A stretch of DNA of 64,000 nt from a virus (Duplodnaviria; Caudoviricetes): positions 1 to 64,000 of IMG/VR virus record IMGVR_UViG_2939702853_000004; one strand, 5' to 3'. Made by a program: the position numbers and the translations under genes. The notes beneath the pieces were generated by a model, which saw only the letters and a list, made by a program, of their open reading frames with translations, searched no databases and was not told where the DNA came from. Shown here piece after piece: positions 31,062 to 42,970 of the stretch (position 1 is the stretch's first letter; every line of letters starts with the position of its first letter).

Positions 31062-31685
31062 ATGAATCTATCAATTGACTGGGGAACTTTAATTGTATCA
31101 GTCCCAGTTATTGCTGCGACATGTTTTGGAGCAATAAGATTTATTGGTAAGGCTTATTTAAAGGAGTATTTTGACCAAAGGTTAGAAGCATTTAAGGCCG
31201 AACTACAAAAGGATAACGAAAAGTATAAATCTGAACTGGAGAAAGAGAAGAATATTTACATAAATAAACTTGAGCTTCAAGCATCTAAGAATAAACAAAT
31301 ATTCGATCTGTATTCAAAGGATAAATATCCAAGGTCAATAGAGGTTAGAGATCTAGTAAAAGAATTTTTAAAAGCCTATAACTCCAATTCATCCAACAAG
31401 AGTGAATGTCTGCGTATAGTAGATTGCTTTAGAGATACCCTAGAATTGAACAGAGTTTTTATTTCTGATCAGCTATATGAATTGTCTAAGGAGATTTATA
31501 AAATTTCTAGTGATTCAATATCTGCCAAATCCAGTTATTATTATTTAAGAAGTCAAGACGATTATGCAAGAGACGAACGAACCAATCAAGCTTTTATGCG
31601 TTATGATTCGTATTCAAACAAAATACAAGAAATTCACGACAACATTGAAAATCTTTTACGCAATGAATTCGAGGGATGTGCATAA
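31062..31685 (+). CDS. Counter-oriented moron-like protein: N-terminal TM helix plus coiled coil
   Basis: RBS AAGGGAG, upstream TATAAT, own terminator. Confidence 0.8.
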   Translation: MNLSIDWGTLIVSVPVIAATCFGAIRFIGKAYLKEYFDQRLEAFKAELQKDNEKYKSELEKEKNIYINKLELQASKNKQIFDLYSKDKYPRSIEVRDLVKEFLKAYNSNSSNKSECLRIVDCFRDTLELNRVFISDQLYELSKEIYKISSDSISAKSSYYYLRSQDDYARDERTNQAFMRYDSYSNKIQEIHDNIENLLRNEFEGCA

Positions 31686-31695
31686 ATTTAATTTT

Positions 31696-31718
31696 AGAGA
31701 CCTTAAGGTCTCTTTTTT
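31696..31718 (+). terminator. Rho-independent terminator
   Basis: AGAGACC-TTAA-GGTCTCT followed by a T run. Confidence 0.8.
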
Positions 31719-31735
31719 ATAATATGTGGCTTTTA

Positions 31736-32158
31736 TTACAACAAAGCCAACATCTCCTTGTTTATCTCGTCAATCTTCTTATCATAATATTTGACCTTAC
31801 TGATCTTGGCTTGCTCAAACTGCTTCAGATTTTCCATACACTGATTTAGATAATGCTGTTTACATTCTTCCTCCGTGTAGAAAATATTTAGTGATACCCC
31901 TGTATAGGCTCTATATCCGGTGTTGTCGTATGGAGCAATTACTTGCGAGAGCATTTTCCCTTTCTCATTAACTGATCTAAAGTGAAAATCAGAATAGTAG
32001 ACACGCTTATTTTTAGGCAAATTATCATTACTCAAAACGACGACTTTTCTAGGAGTAATGTGACGGATTGGTTGATTGTCTATATCATTGAATCTATAGT
32101 CACAGATCCACACTTCGTCCCCCAATTTTGCTTTTGGAGCATACTCCTTATGATTCAA
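31736..32158 (-). CDS. Hypothetical phage protein
   Basis: 140-aa ORF coupled to 32155-32562. Confidence 0.7.
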   Translation of the reverse strand: MNHKEYAPKAKLGDEVWICDYRFNDIDNQPIRHITPRKVVVLSNDNLPKNKRVYYSDFHFRSVNEKGKMLSQVIAPYDNTGYRAYTGVSLNIFYTEEECKQHYLNQCMENLKQFEQAKISKVKYYDKKIDEINKEMLALL

Positions 32159-32562
32159 TTAGATCCCCCCGATTCAACATTGACTCCCAATTCCCTCATT
32201 ATTTTTATGTCATCGGAACCTATATTTTCTTTTACTAAAATCCATCCATACAGCGTTGCTCCGTAATACAAATCACTTAGCTCTACCTCTTCATCGTACA
32301 TATCTCCGTTTAATCTAATCATCCTATCTCTGAAACTCTCTTGATCAACAATGCTAAAGTCATTGTCATAAACATCAAATACTTCATTGTCTTTTTCTTT
32401 GTATTCGTAGTTATTGTAGATACTTCCCCAGTCTTCAGAAGATGGTTCTGATTTTAACCATTCATACACTTCGCTGTCGGAATTTGCAACAAGATAAGTA
32501 AGGATACCCTTCTGGCTATCTTTTTGTGAAAAATGCTCAAACATGATTTTATACAGATTCAT
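32155..32562 (-). CDS. Hypothetical phage protein
   Basis: 135-aa ORF with RBS AAGGAG downstream of repeat 32584. Confidence 0.7.
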   Translation of the reverse strand: MNLYKIMFEHFSQKDSQKGILTYLVANSDSEVYEWLKSEPSSEDWGSIYNNYEYKEKDNEVFDVYDNDFSIVDQESFRDRMIRLNGDMYDEEVELSDLYYGATLYGWILVKENIGSDDIKIMRELGVNVESGGSN

Positions 32563-33210
32563 TTTTCTGCTCCTTTATCTATGTAAAATACGCCTTTTAT
32601 TTGAATGAAATTTGATTTAGTGGAACAATTATTGTGTTTCTCTCATTAGCAATTACTACTCTTGTTAAAGGGAACAGTTTTTGGATTTCCAATTCTAGAA
32701 GAAATTAATAGTTGATCTGTAATAGCTTCTATTGATTTTACAATACCGCAACTCCACTGAACTCTCCTTCTGCTACAATCGCATGATTTCCAAGAAGAGA
32801 AAGTTTTTCGTCCATTCACATATCTCTTTTTTTGAGATGTCAATTTTATTCCAGTGTTAATTTAATACTTGACCATCCATCATAATTAATAGCAATTATC
32901 TTTTTGTTTAGAAGTAGCCTTTTTACTTCATCTGAAGCACTGTTGTTATTTACTAAAGAATAATAAATATCATCTATCACTAAATCCATACCATCTGCAA
33001 GAATTTGCATTTTCATTAACATCGCCTCGTTAATTGATAAAATCTCACTTTTACCATCATTTCTTATCACGTTACTCACAAAATGCAATTTGTACTCATA
33101 AAAATGAAAGCTATCTACGAATTTGCTATGTGTCTACAAAATAAAACTGCGTGATTTTTTCATCTAAAAAAGTACTGTAGGTGGGAATTTATTTAGAGAG
33201 AGGTTTTTTA

Positions 33211-33360
33211 ATGAAAACACCTACTACTGGCAACAATGTCTATCTTTCAATTTGTACGTATATGTATTTACTAACTAAACAAAATAAGTTTTTTAGATTC
33301 CTTTGGAACTGGCGCAAAGTGATTCGGGCGATTTTGAACTGTTTTTTGTTTAATAACTAA
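33211..33360 (+). CDS. Small counter-oriented basic/hydrophobic peptide (49 aa, absent from the ORF track)
   Basis: RBS GAGAGG 7 nt before ATG; MKTPTTGNNVYLSICTYMYLLTKQNKFFRFLWNWRKVIRAILNCFLFNN; terminator directly after the stop. Confidence 0.55.
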   Translation: MKTPTTGNNVYLSICTYMYLLTKQNKFFRFLWNWRKVIRAILNCFLFNN

Positions 33361-33365
33361 TTTCT

Positions 33366-33395
33366 CTCCCTGTCTACCCACAACGGGGAGTTTTT
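33366..33395 (+). terminator. Rho-independent terminator
   Basis: CTCCCTG...CGGGGAG stem followed by TTTTT. Confidence 0.6.
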
Positions 33396-33425
33396 ATTCT
33401 TATCAAATATATCTTTCTTGGAGAT

Positions 33426-33887
33426 TTACATCCCCAAGAAGACCAGGCAGTATAACATGTAAACATAATAAATAACATCAACAAGGTTTATAAGCGTACT
33501 CTTCAATGATCTTCGTTTGGTACTGTAAAGTTCCTTACGGTATTCATTTCGTTTTTCTTCAGTAGAAAGGTCTCTTTTCTGATTACTTGTCTTCTTGAAC
33601 CTTACAAAACCAATAATATTCATTGCGATCATAATAAGGGTTGGGAATTTAAAAAAGTCATTATCTGTTGCTGTGAATAGATAAATCAGTTCAATAATAA
33701 CAATAGGAATCAACAACAGTGTTGGAGCTAAATTCTTAAGCATTTCTAGTTGTACTTTTGTTTGTACTCCTTCTGTTGCTGTTTTAATCTCCAATTCTCC
33801 ATTTCTAATTGTAGTATCTCGTAGAACATTACCTTTAACGAGTAGAATGAAGTGAAGCGCAATAAACACAATTGTCCAAAAAATCAT
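33426..33887 (-). CDS. Membrane protein
   Basis: Several hydrophobic segments; RBS AAGGAG. Confidence 0.7.
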   Translation of the reverse strand: MIFWTIVFIALHFILLVKGNVLRDTTIRNGELEIKTATEGVQTKVQLEMLKNLAPTLLLIPIVIIELIYLFTATDNDFFKFPTLIMIAMNIIGFVRFKKTSNQKRDLSTEEKRNEYRKELYSTKRRSLKSTLINLVDVIYYVYMLYCLVFLGM

Positions 33888-33911
33888 TCAACATTCTCCT
33901 TTATGTATGTA

Positions 33912-34588
33912 TTAAACTTGAACTTGTTTATGTTTCAATTTGCTAAACAATACAGTAAGCAGCAGGATTCCAAAAATAATTGAGAAGAATAATACTTCGT
34001 GAATATGAAACCCAAATGAAGAGCCGATCATCTTCAGTGAAATAATTGCGATAAGTACATAAGCAGTGGTTTCGAGTTCAGGCATTTTCTCGATCAATTT
34101 AACGAATTGTTTTGATACACCGCGCATCATTAAAATACCTAAACATCCCCCAGTAAACAAAACCCAAATTTTCTCTGACACTCCGAACGATGCCAAGACA
34201 CTATCAATAGAGAACGCCATATCCACCAACTCAACGGATACCACAGTTGCCCAAAATCCCTTTTGTAATGTATCTTAACTCCATCATTATTCTTATCTTT
34301 TTAGTTATTTTTATCGATAAAGTATTTAACAACAAGCCACATAAGATAAGCTCCACCAACGAGTTTAATCCACCAAATTTTCACTAGTAAAGTACCTAAA
34401 AGGATTGCGATAAATCGAAATGCATATGCTCCGATCAATCCATAGAACAGTGCTTTTTTCTGCTGTTCTTTGGGTAAATGACCAACCATTACGGCTAGCA
34501 CCAGTGCATTATCTACCGACAGTAGACCTTCCATAATAACCAACATTACAATAATTGCGATTGATGATACCATTTGATTAAATTCCAC
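33912..34588 (-). pseudogene. terC: TerC/Alx-family membrane protein with a nonsense codon and a frameshift
   Basis: EGLLSVDNALVLA...KKALFYG..GAY.FR in 34301-34588 and VELVDMAFSIDSV in 33912-34244. Premature TAA at 34301-34303, then a 1-nt loss before (K)GFWATVV. Confidence 0.85.
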
Positions 34589-34853
34589 CCCATATTTTAT
34601 TTTTATTTATCTTTTAGAAAAAAGAACATTTCAACTAATGCAGCAGTATCAAATTTGGATTTCGCAAATAGTCTGATACTAAAGATAATGTTAAGAACAG
34701 GAACGACAGCCATTAGAATCATAATAATTACATCTTCAAGTGCTAGAGAGGTAGACTCACTTACTTGCCGTTTAACTCTCTCGCGAATCAATACATACGA
34801 AATTACAACAGTGATAAGATACAATAGAACAAGTCCCATTTCATATTCTCCTC

Positions 34854-35600
34854 TTATTTAATCAAATTTTTATTTTTCGCTTCTTTTAACCATTCAGGGA
34901 ATTCGCCAAGCAGCCTACTAAACAATTCGTTTTCATCTACAGAACCAATATCATTAAATTTAATAAAATCTGCGTTATCAATAAATCTAACATTCATATC
35001 ATCAAGTTTTTGCAGAAAATCAAAACTCGAATATCCAATGCCTACAAATTGCCAGAACACTCCATGCTTTGATGCTTCTTTAATAACTGCTTCAGTTTCT
35101 CTCTTATCGTTGTTGTCTCCGTCAGTGATGAAAATTACGAATACAGGTTCATCAAGAATAGTGTTTGTGAGAGGCGAGGAAAGTAGCTTGTTAAATAGTC
35201 GCTTTTTGACAAGTTGTTCACCAGCCGAAGTATATTTCTTTAAGATACGGCTCATTACACCAGCATAATTGGTAGAGCCTTCGAGTGGATAACTGGGTCT
35301 AATTTTATTGTTCACATATTGATAGAAATCTTCTTCTTTGAGTTCTCCAACATCATAATTGTTGCTTCCAAACAGAAAGATATCGATGGCTTGGTTATCA
35401 TCAAATTTGATTCCGAGTGCAAGCAAGTTCTCAACAACTTTTTGTACTGTTCCATTACTGAAGAGAGAACCCATAGATCCTGAAATATCTAGCACCAATG
35501 CTACTTTTGCTTTTTGGTTGCCCAAACCAACTTTTTCAACCGCATCATTCGCCTTCTTTTTGAGGTCGATAAAATTCTTTTTCGCTAATTCGATGTTCAT
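34854..35600 (-). CDS. vWA-domain protein, TerF-like
   Basis: MIDAS DISGSM, TNYA.VM, FITDG, FWQFVGIG, FLQKLDD...RFIDNA. Confidence 0.85.
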   Translation of the reverse strand: MNIELAKKNFIDLKKKANDAVEKVGLGNQKAKVALVLDISGSMGSLFSNGTVQKVVENLLALGIKFDDNQAIDIFLFGSNNYDVGELKEEDFYQYVNNKIRPSYPLEGSTNYAGVMSRILKKYTSAGEQLVKKRLFNKLLSSPLTNTILDEPVFVIFITDGDNNDKRETEAVIKEASKHGVFWQFVGIGYSSFDFLQKLDDMNVRFIDNADFIKFNDIGSVDENELFSRLLGEFPEWLKEAKNKNLIK

Positions 35601-36944
35601 TTAATACACTCCTCAATATATATTTTTTATTTTAATATCTCACTACAGGTCTATCACCCAAATCGCGCCAGTCTTTTTCATTTGTATAATATCCCTTGAA
35701 CTCTTCAGACAGTTTACGATTCTTCATATTTTCAAACGTGTCAATTTGATTGTCAATCTTAGCCCACTCTTTTCTCAGTTTGTCGAGTTTTTGATTAATA
35801 TCATAAACACTCATATCTTGTAGCATAATTAGTTTTTCTCCTTTCTTTAATTCATCTTTTATTCTCTTCATCATCATATTTGACTTTCCTGATCCTCTCG
35901 GAAGGTAGACATACTTCAAAGCAATCTCTTCCTTTCTTGATAAAAGCATTATTTTAAAAGGTATGTTTTTTTCTACTCCTAAGTGGTCTAATATTATCTT
36001 TGTAAATAACCCAGTACTTTAGGTCAAGCAATTCGGATTGTTTTGCAAGAAACGCCTCTCTCTTTTGTTTATGGTCGTTTGAGTCACTATAAAAAACTCG
36101 TTCCTTGTAATATTCGCAGTCCTCAATCATATCATCAATTTGTTGAAGCAGTTTCTTTTTTTTAATGAATAGCATCTGCTCAATCCTTTCTCAGTCAAAC
36201 CGTTTTTATTTAAACGTGTCCCTTTACTCCACCATATTTCCCAATCTCATGACCTTCAGGTAAATCGACGATATCCCAATGTTTAAAAATAGTATCTAAT
36301 CGACTACCTAATCCCTTGCTCAATACTCCTTTTTCATCAATCCAATGTACACTTCCACCAAACCTAGAATATTCTAGTGTCCCATATTCACCAGTGATTT
36401 TATGTTTAATTGCTGTTGCCAAACTTATCACTCTTCCTCATATGTATTAAAACGTTCTGCAACCTTTATGATATTGCTTGCCTTTATACTTATATTTAGC
36501 TATAAACGTTTTAATCAAAATTAATCCTTCATGCACTCGCTCCAATACAATAACCCCATAGTTAGTCATCCATCTGATCTTGCCTTGTACATTCGGAATG
36601 GAAGCCACCTCTTTAATGAGGCGACTCACTCCAATATTACTTTGTTCACATCTGGTTCGCGCATGTTCGCTCAGTTTAATACGCATAAAATCACCGTTTT
36701 ACAGACTTACGAGCCTTGCGTACTTTTGCAAATTTCGTGAGTGTAGCCCCTTCTTTTTGTCCATTTACGGCTGGTTTAACAAATTGAAACTTCATTCCTT
36801 GTTTAGCTGCGATACGTTTTGCTTCAATAACTGCTTTAAGATAGTCAGTTGGCAGATTGTTAATTACCACGTTTTTGTTTTGTGTGTTTACTGCGATTCC
36901 GTAAAATTTCATATGTATATTTCTCCATTCATATATGTATTATT

Positions 36945-38591
36945 TTATTTTGTTTGATTTGCTTCTTTATAATCCTCAATGAATAATTGGCAGGTTTTAA
37001 TCACCTTATACTTGGGCCTGTATTGAGTCCAATAGTTCATATTTAACGATCCTATTGCTTCAACCTGAGCAAAGACTGGAACCCTGTTATAGTATTCCAG
37101 ATCAGTTTTAAACTTCATTAATTCTAAATTGCCGCAATAGACCTTAACAGTGTTTTTGGTTTTACCCAATGGTTTTTTATCTTCAACAAATATATCTACG
37201 ATTTTAAAATTGCCTTGTTCAAAATCTTTGCCTGTGACTTTATAAAATTCTTGCACTTGTAAAATTAATCTCTCGTTTATTTCTGTTTTGTTGAACTCCA
37301 AATCATAGAAAAGCGAGTCGTCAAAGACATAATGTATTAATTTTTCATTAAGCTCCTCTTTCAGTAGGAGCATTTCATCCTTCCTTACGGATGTGCCTCC
37401 AGCTCCGTTGTGTCCTGCACCATATTTCGCGTATTCACATGCATTTAGTAGGTCCATCATCGAAAATTCGGCATCGTTCCATCTATAACTTCCTGCAAAA
37501 TATTCACTGTCTTCCGAATCACCAAGTATGATTGTGGGTCTATTATTATCCTGAGAAATATCTTGCGCTACAAGCCCGTTATACCCTTTTCCGATATTTG
37601 GATCATAAAGAACTATACATTTGTCTGATTTGTCTATCAGAGGCTTAAGCCTTTCAACTGCTTTTGCCTGAATCTCCTTGCGTCTGTCATTCTCATTAAC
37701 TAACTGCTTAACCAATCTCTTAGTTTCATCTTCATCTTCACAAAGCATAAAGTTCAATGCTAGTTTCATTTTGTCTGCTCTAGTGGCTGCGGTAATACAT
37801 GGAGCCACACCATAGGAGAAATCTGTTCCATTAAGTTTATTTAGATCTTTTCCTAGTTCCTTAAACAACAACTGTAGGCCGCGATGCTGAACGTTTTCCA
37901 ATGCGTTTTTGTAATAAAACCTATTCTCCATTTCTTTCATTGACATCATATCCGCAGCTACTGCAAATCCAGCAAGATCAATGTATTGATTAGAGTAGTC
38001 TGTAGCCATGTAATCGTCCAATACGGAACATACTTTCCAAACTAGCAATCCACCCGAAACATTCTTATTGGGATATCCACATCCCTCTTGCCGAGGATTC
38101 ACTAAGATACAATATGGATTGTCTCCGTTTACTGTATGATGGTCAATGACGAGACAATCAATTCCTTTATCGATCAATATTTTCAATGGCTCTAAATCAT
38201 TACTACTACTGTCTACTGCTATGTATAAATCTGTATTGTCGTCAATTTGATCGACTATAAACTCCGATCCGTGACCAACAGAACGTTCCACATGTTTGAT
38301 AGAAACATTGCCAGTGAAATTAACTAGCCATTTATATAAAATGACTGCGGAAGAAATTCCGTCATAATCTACATCTGCATAAATTATAATTTTTTCGTGA
38401 TTCTTTATCGCTTTAATGATTCTATTAGCCATTGCGTCTATGTTTTTCAATAGATAGGGACTATGTGTGTGACTTGGTGATGGATTCAGAAATTGATTGA
38501 AGTCTTCGATTCCGTTGATCTTTGCTAACTTCTCATGCAATGTGTCGTAAGTCTCAAATGGTATTTTAGGTTGTTTCTGTTTCCAATCTAT
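36945..38591 (-). CDS. recJ: RecJ-like DHH ssDNA exonuclease; probable ATA start at 38591
   Basis: YADVDYDG, VIDHH, LVNP, ADMM, GAGH..AGG. The frame stays open upstream to an ATA 8 nt after GGAGTG. Confidence 0.9.
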   Translation of the reverse strand: MDWKQKQPKIPFETYDTLHEKLAKINGIEDFNQFLNPSPSHTHSPYLLKNIDAMANRIIKAIKNHEKIIIYADVDYDGISSAVILYKWLVNFTGNVSIKHVERSVGHGSEFIVDQIDDNTDLYIAVDSSSNDLEPLKILIDKGIDCLVIDHHTVNGDNPYCILVNPRQEGCGYPNKNVSGGLLVWKVCSVLDDYMATDYSNQYIDLAGFAVAADMMSMKEMENRFYYKNALENVQHRGLQLLFKELGKDLNKLNGTDFSYGVAPCITAATRADKMKLALNFMLCEDEDETKRLVKQLVNENDRRKEIQAKAVERLKPLIDKSDKCIVLYDPNIGKGYNGLVAQDISQDNNRPTIILGDSEDSEYFAGSYRWNDAEFSMMDLLNACEYAKYGAGHNGAGGTSVRKDEMLLLKEELNEKLIHYVFDDSLFYDLEFNKTEINERLILQVQEFYKVTGKDFEQGNFKIVDIFVEDKKPLGKTKNTVKVYCGNLELMKFKTDLEYYNRVPVFAQVEAIGSLNMNYWTQYRPKYKVIKTCQLFIEDYKEANQTK

Positions 38592-41500
38592 AGCAAAATC
38601 ACTCCCTTAAACAGATTATTGTATGCTTATTTTGAATTTTTCAGGTAGTGTAATTTTAAGATCATTGTTTATTGCTTTCATAAAACTATAAGTGAGATAC
38701 CTATTTTCTTTTCCTGTCTGTTTGTTGACGATCTTGATATTCGCTTCTCGTTTCATATCTAATCACTCCTCAGTCCAGGTTAGTTTAATGCCATGCAATT
38801 CAACATCTCTACCTTTTCGGTGTCACTGAATCCCTTCCATGCAACTTGCATCTCCAGTAAAATCGAACCAAATTCACGCCAATTGCCCTCACTGTTTCTT
38901 GTGACAATCCCGTATCCATTAATCATTTCTTCTAAAACATCCATCCTGATCGCCTCCTTAGTTTGGTGCTGCCATAACATGAGGAATTCCTCTTCGCTTA
39001 TCCTTAATAAAGACTTCATTTGTGTCCAAGTTAACAATTCGATAATTCCTGTGCATATCCACGTACTACCACAATACATAGGCAACGTGTTCCATTGAAC
39101 TCCAAACTGTTGCTTCTTCAGCAGTGTTAACATCCTCATAAGGATGATCTAAACCCGAGTCCATATGCAAAAGATATTTTATTTTCCTGTGGCTGTAGCT
39201 TGAATAACAAATCTAGAAGCCTTATTAGTCATTGTTGTTGCTCCCCAAAGCCTTTTCACACGCTTTCTTTACTTCACTGGCAGAGAAAAAGACATGCACT
39301 GCACTACCTTTATAGCCATATATCTCACCATCAAATTCGGCTGTAATTCTTCCTATTGGCCCACCCGGAATGAGACGCTTTGTATCCTTCTTACCCCATT
39401 TACCCGGCATAACAAGACCAACTTGAGCATCTTTGCCCAACATATTAATTTGGGTATTGCATCTATCTAGTAATTGTTGTACTTGCATACTTTTACTCCT
39501 TATAAAATAGTAGTTTTACTCATCATTTTATTGTTTTTCCATCCGTGCCTCTGCTTCATCAATAAGCGATTCGAATGAATCTTTAATTGTTTTTGCATAT
39601 TTCAACCATCCTTCAATTTCCCAAGGTGACATTTCTGCATTACTATCTCGAAACTTAGTAGACAGACCCTGAATCTCTTGTTGAAGATATAAAAAGCGTT
39701 TATAAAATCCCATATCCGTTCTGATTGGATGTTTTCGTGTATCAGGTTCATGATAAACTGAATTTACGTCAGTCCAGAAAATCTCCCCATTCTCTACTTC
39801 CACATACAAACTATCTCCATCTACTTCTTTTACTAATGCTTGCAAACCAATATTAAAATCATAATCACTTCTCTCGATTTCAACATATGTATCTTTTAAA
39901 TAGCAATAATCCTTTGTTTTAATTTTCATTTTCATTCCCCCTTGTTTTTTAATGACAAAATCTTGTTTTTACCGAACATCTATTTGTTCAATTTCCAGTA
40001 CCCTCTATTAATCCACTCTTTTACTGCATCAATAGGATAATGACGAATAATGAAAGGGTATGAAACTGAATTGACAATATAGTCATTATTAGTTTTGACT
40101 GCAAAGAATTTCTCGCCTACTACATTTTCAAAATAAAATGAATCTTCTAGTTTAATCTCATTCTTGTCATTATTCATTACTTCATCAAGTTCTTTGAGCA
40201 ATGAGTGCATTTCTTCATTTTCTCTTGAAATCAAAAAATTGATGTCGTTTTGGCTATATTTATTTTTAATCAAATCAATTCTTTCGTTAATTCGACGAAT
40301 GCGTTTTTCTTTCACGATCTTTTTAAGTACTCGGTTTTCATGATTTCTCATATCAACTTTCGCTACAATCCATTTCGTAGCTACGCAATCAGACTCTTCC
40401 ACTTTAACCACTCTTGCTGTCTCAAATCCTCTAGATGTATCGCAAACTACCCAATCATCTTTTTTAAGTTCAATATCTGTTTTGAATGCATATAGTGCTG
40501 GGTTTCCATTGTGTTTCACAAAAGCGATTTTGGTCATATGTATTATTCTCCTTTATCTATGTAAAAGTATATTTTTATAAAAAAACTATAGTGTCGTACG
40601 AAGTTCGTTTAGGGATACCGCTCCACCAAATGTACACTTGAGGTTAAACACACCCTTCATGTCGCTCTTCTTAATAATGTAAATATCTGACCCATCGTAG
40701 AAAGCTTTGTTGTGTAAATCTTCATCGGTTCTCCCAAGTTCTAATTGTTTTGAGATCCATTCGCTTATTAGCGCAGAGTTAGACTTCATTTGCTATTCTC
40801 CTTTCTTTGTAAAACTCTTCTTTTATGATCTTAGTTATATCTCCAAGCAACCAAAGGAATATCAGCATCTACTGACTTAAAATTTTTATTAACGAGTTTA
40901 TCAATTCCTATACTGTGCTTAAAAGCCAACTCCCTAACATATCTAAATGCACTACGTTAGAATATAATGTTGCGGGTCCTTCTGCATTTAGAAATTCAAG
41001 GATTGTCTTTGTGGTACTTCCGTTACCAACATTTTGCATCTACAATCTCTCCTTTTGTTTATAATTACTTGACTTGTTTAATTTTATATTCACTAATAAA
41101 ATGCTCTAGGCTGCGCTTTTGATCTTCAGTCAACATCAGTGAGTAATTTACCAATGTCTTTTCTTTCGGTGAAGGTTTATTAATTTCTTTGTATGTAACG
41201 CTTGAAATCTCATCAATCCAATAAAGTCTATCTCCAACATCTTGTTTGGCACTTGCTATATCTGCATGAATACTGACACTATAAAATTTGTCTGCTACTT
41301 TACAAATAAGTGACGCTTCATCCTCGTAATACCCTTGTCCACAATCTAAGTAATCTCTACCGATATCTTTAAAGTGCTCTACGATATCATTTTCTTTGGT
41401 TAAATATACTTCGTCTTCAATTACACCATATTCATCAATTAGATATTGCTCCATGTTAGTGATCTCCTCTTTGTATATTTATTTTGGTAAAATTCAAATT

Positions 41501-41850
41501 TTATAGGCTCACATGTGCAAGTTTGAGAGGTTGTTGGCTATGAACGACCTATGATCAACCTCTACTATGTATTATTATTTATTTTTGTATATAAAACTTT
41601 GCCTTACAATAATACATGAACCCTGTTGAATCTTTTCCTTCATCGTCAACTATATATGCTTCTGCTACACCGCATGAACTCGCGTTTGCCTCCCATCTGT
41701 GTAATTTGTAATACTTACCGACTGTGGTTTTAATATTGAATTTCTTATCTACTATAAAAACATGAGTTGCTTCATCTATATTCTCAGTGGGAATTAGATT
41801 TGCAGGTTGCTCTTCGTGCATGGAACCACACCTCTCTGTTTCGTATTTTA

Positions 41851-41879
41851 ATTATATTTGTATATCGGATTACTGTCAA
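41851..41879 (-). promoter_or_regulatory. Perfect-consensus sigma-A promoter overlapped by the operator-like motif
   Basis: TTGACA-N17-TATAAT. Confidence 0.8.
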
Positions 41880-41914
41880 CTGATATTTTAATCTGTGTAA
41901 AAACTATATTTTAC

Positions 41915-42952
41915 TCAAACTGGTATCTTGTATTTTTCTTCATTCATTAATGTCATAAAAAATTCTATCCCTTTATCAATTGGCGCATCCTTTTCTCCCA
42001 GTACATTTCTATTCCTATGTGCCAATATACAATAAACATTATCTCTAATAATAAATTTACTTGCTTCCTCTTTTAGATCGCTGGCGCTTATGTTATTATC
42101 GAAGGCCAATATCACATCTACCCCTAAACGCTCAAGCTTCAACACCTGTGTTTTGCTTAATTCATGCCCACCAACACTCACAGTATGCTTAATACCATAA
42201 CTCCACGCCTTCTGGACGCTCTTCTCGGCTTCCCATACAATCACTCTGCCAGCCTTTTTTATATGATCATATGTCTTATCTAAACCGTATAGGATTTGGC
42301 TCTTTGGGGTAGGTATAGGGAACCAATATTTAGATGTTTTTAATTTTTTATAATCAAGTGTAGTTCTTCCTTTGACTCCAACTAGCGCTCCTAGTTCGTC
42401 TCTAATCGGTATTGTTATACAGCTATCCCTAAGAGAATATCCAACTTCAAATAATCTCTGCGCATCACAACCTATTCCTTCATCAAGAAATAGTTTATTA
42501 GGGAAAGATATGTACGAATTCAGAATAGACTCATCCACTTTTCTTAGTGGTACTTCATCGTAGACTTCGGTCTTTGGTTCAATCAAATCTAAAAAATGAA
42601 GACACGGATCGATTTCTTCTTTTGTATATTTATAGTCAGCGTAGTAGCTATAACCGCAAACCTCACAAATATAATACATAGCTTTTGAAAATGAGATATC
42701 TTTATAATGTTGAACAAGTGTTATGATATCTGGATGTCCACTACCCAGCTTTGGAAGCGGATTTGTGTAGCAGTTTACAAGTAAAGTATCAGTGAAAACC
42801 TGAAGGCTAGAAGGGTTATCTCCTCCCGGCCTTGTTGATCTTATTTCCCCATAGCTAGACATCCTATCATTGATATGACAACCGAGAGATGTTAAAATAT
42901 CCGCAACTTTATTGTCTCTTATTATGTATTCTTTTAAAGTTTGAGCATCAAT
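41915..42952 (-). CDS. DnaG-like primase (TOPRIM); probable ATT start at 42952
   Basis: ITIPIRD..G.LVGVKGR, KSQILYGL, WEAEKSV, LAFDND. The frame is open 30 codons upstream of the track start, to an ATT 7 nt after GAGGTG. Confidence 0.88.
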   Translation of the reverse strand: MDAQTLKEYIIRDNKVADILTSLGCHINDRMSSYGEIRSTRPGGDNPSSLQVFTDTLLVNCYTNPLPKLGSGHPDIITLVQHYKDISFSKAMYYICEVCGYSYYADYKYTKEEIDPCLHFLDLIEPKTEVYDEVPLRKVDESILNSYISFPNKLFLDEGIGCDAQRLFEVGYSLRDSCITIPIRDELGALVGVKGRTTLDYKKLKTSKYWFPIPTPKSQILYGLDKTYDHIKKAGRVIVWEAEKSVQKAWSYGIKHTVSVGGHELSKTQVLKLERLGVDVILAFDNNISASDLKEEASKFIIRDNVYCILAHRNRNVLGEKDAPIDKGIEFFMTLMNEEKYKIPV

Positions 42953-42970
42953 TTTATATCACCTCTCAAG

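Noticed and set aside
33360-34600. yybP-ykoY manganese riboswitch linked to terC
   Set aside because: The GGGGAG hairpin is downstream of terC, on the other strand, and lacks the riboswitch consensus; it fits a terminator better.
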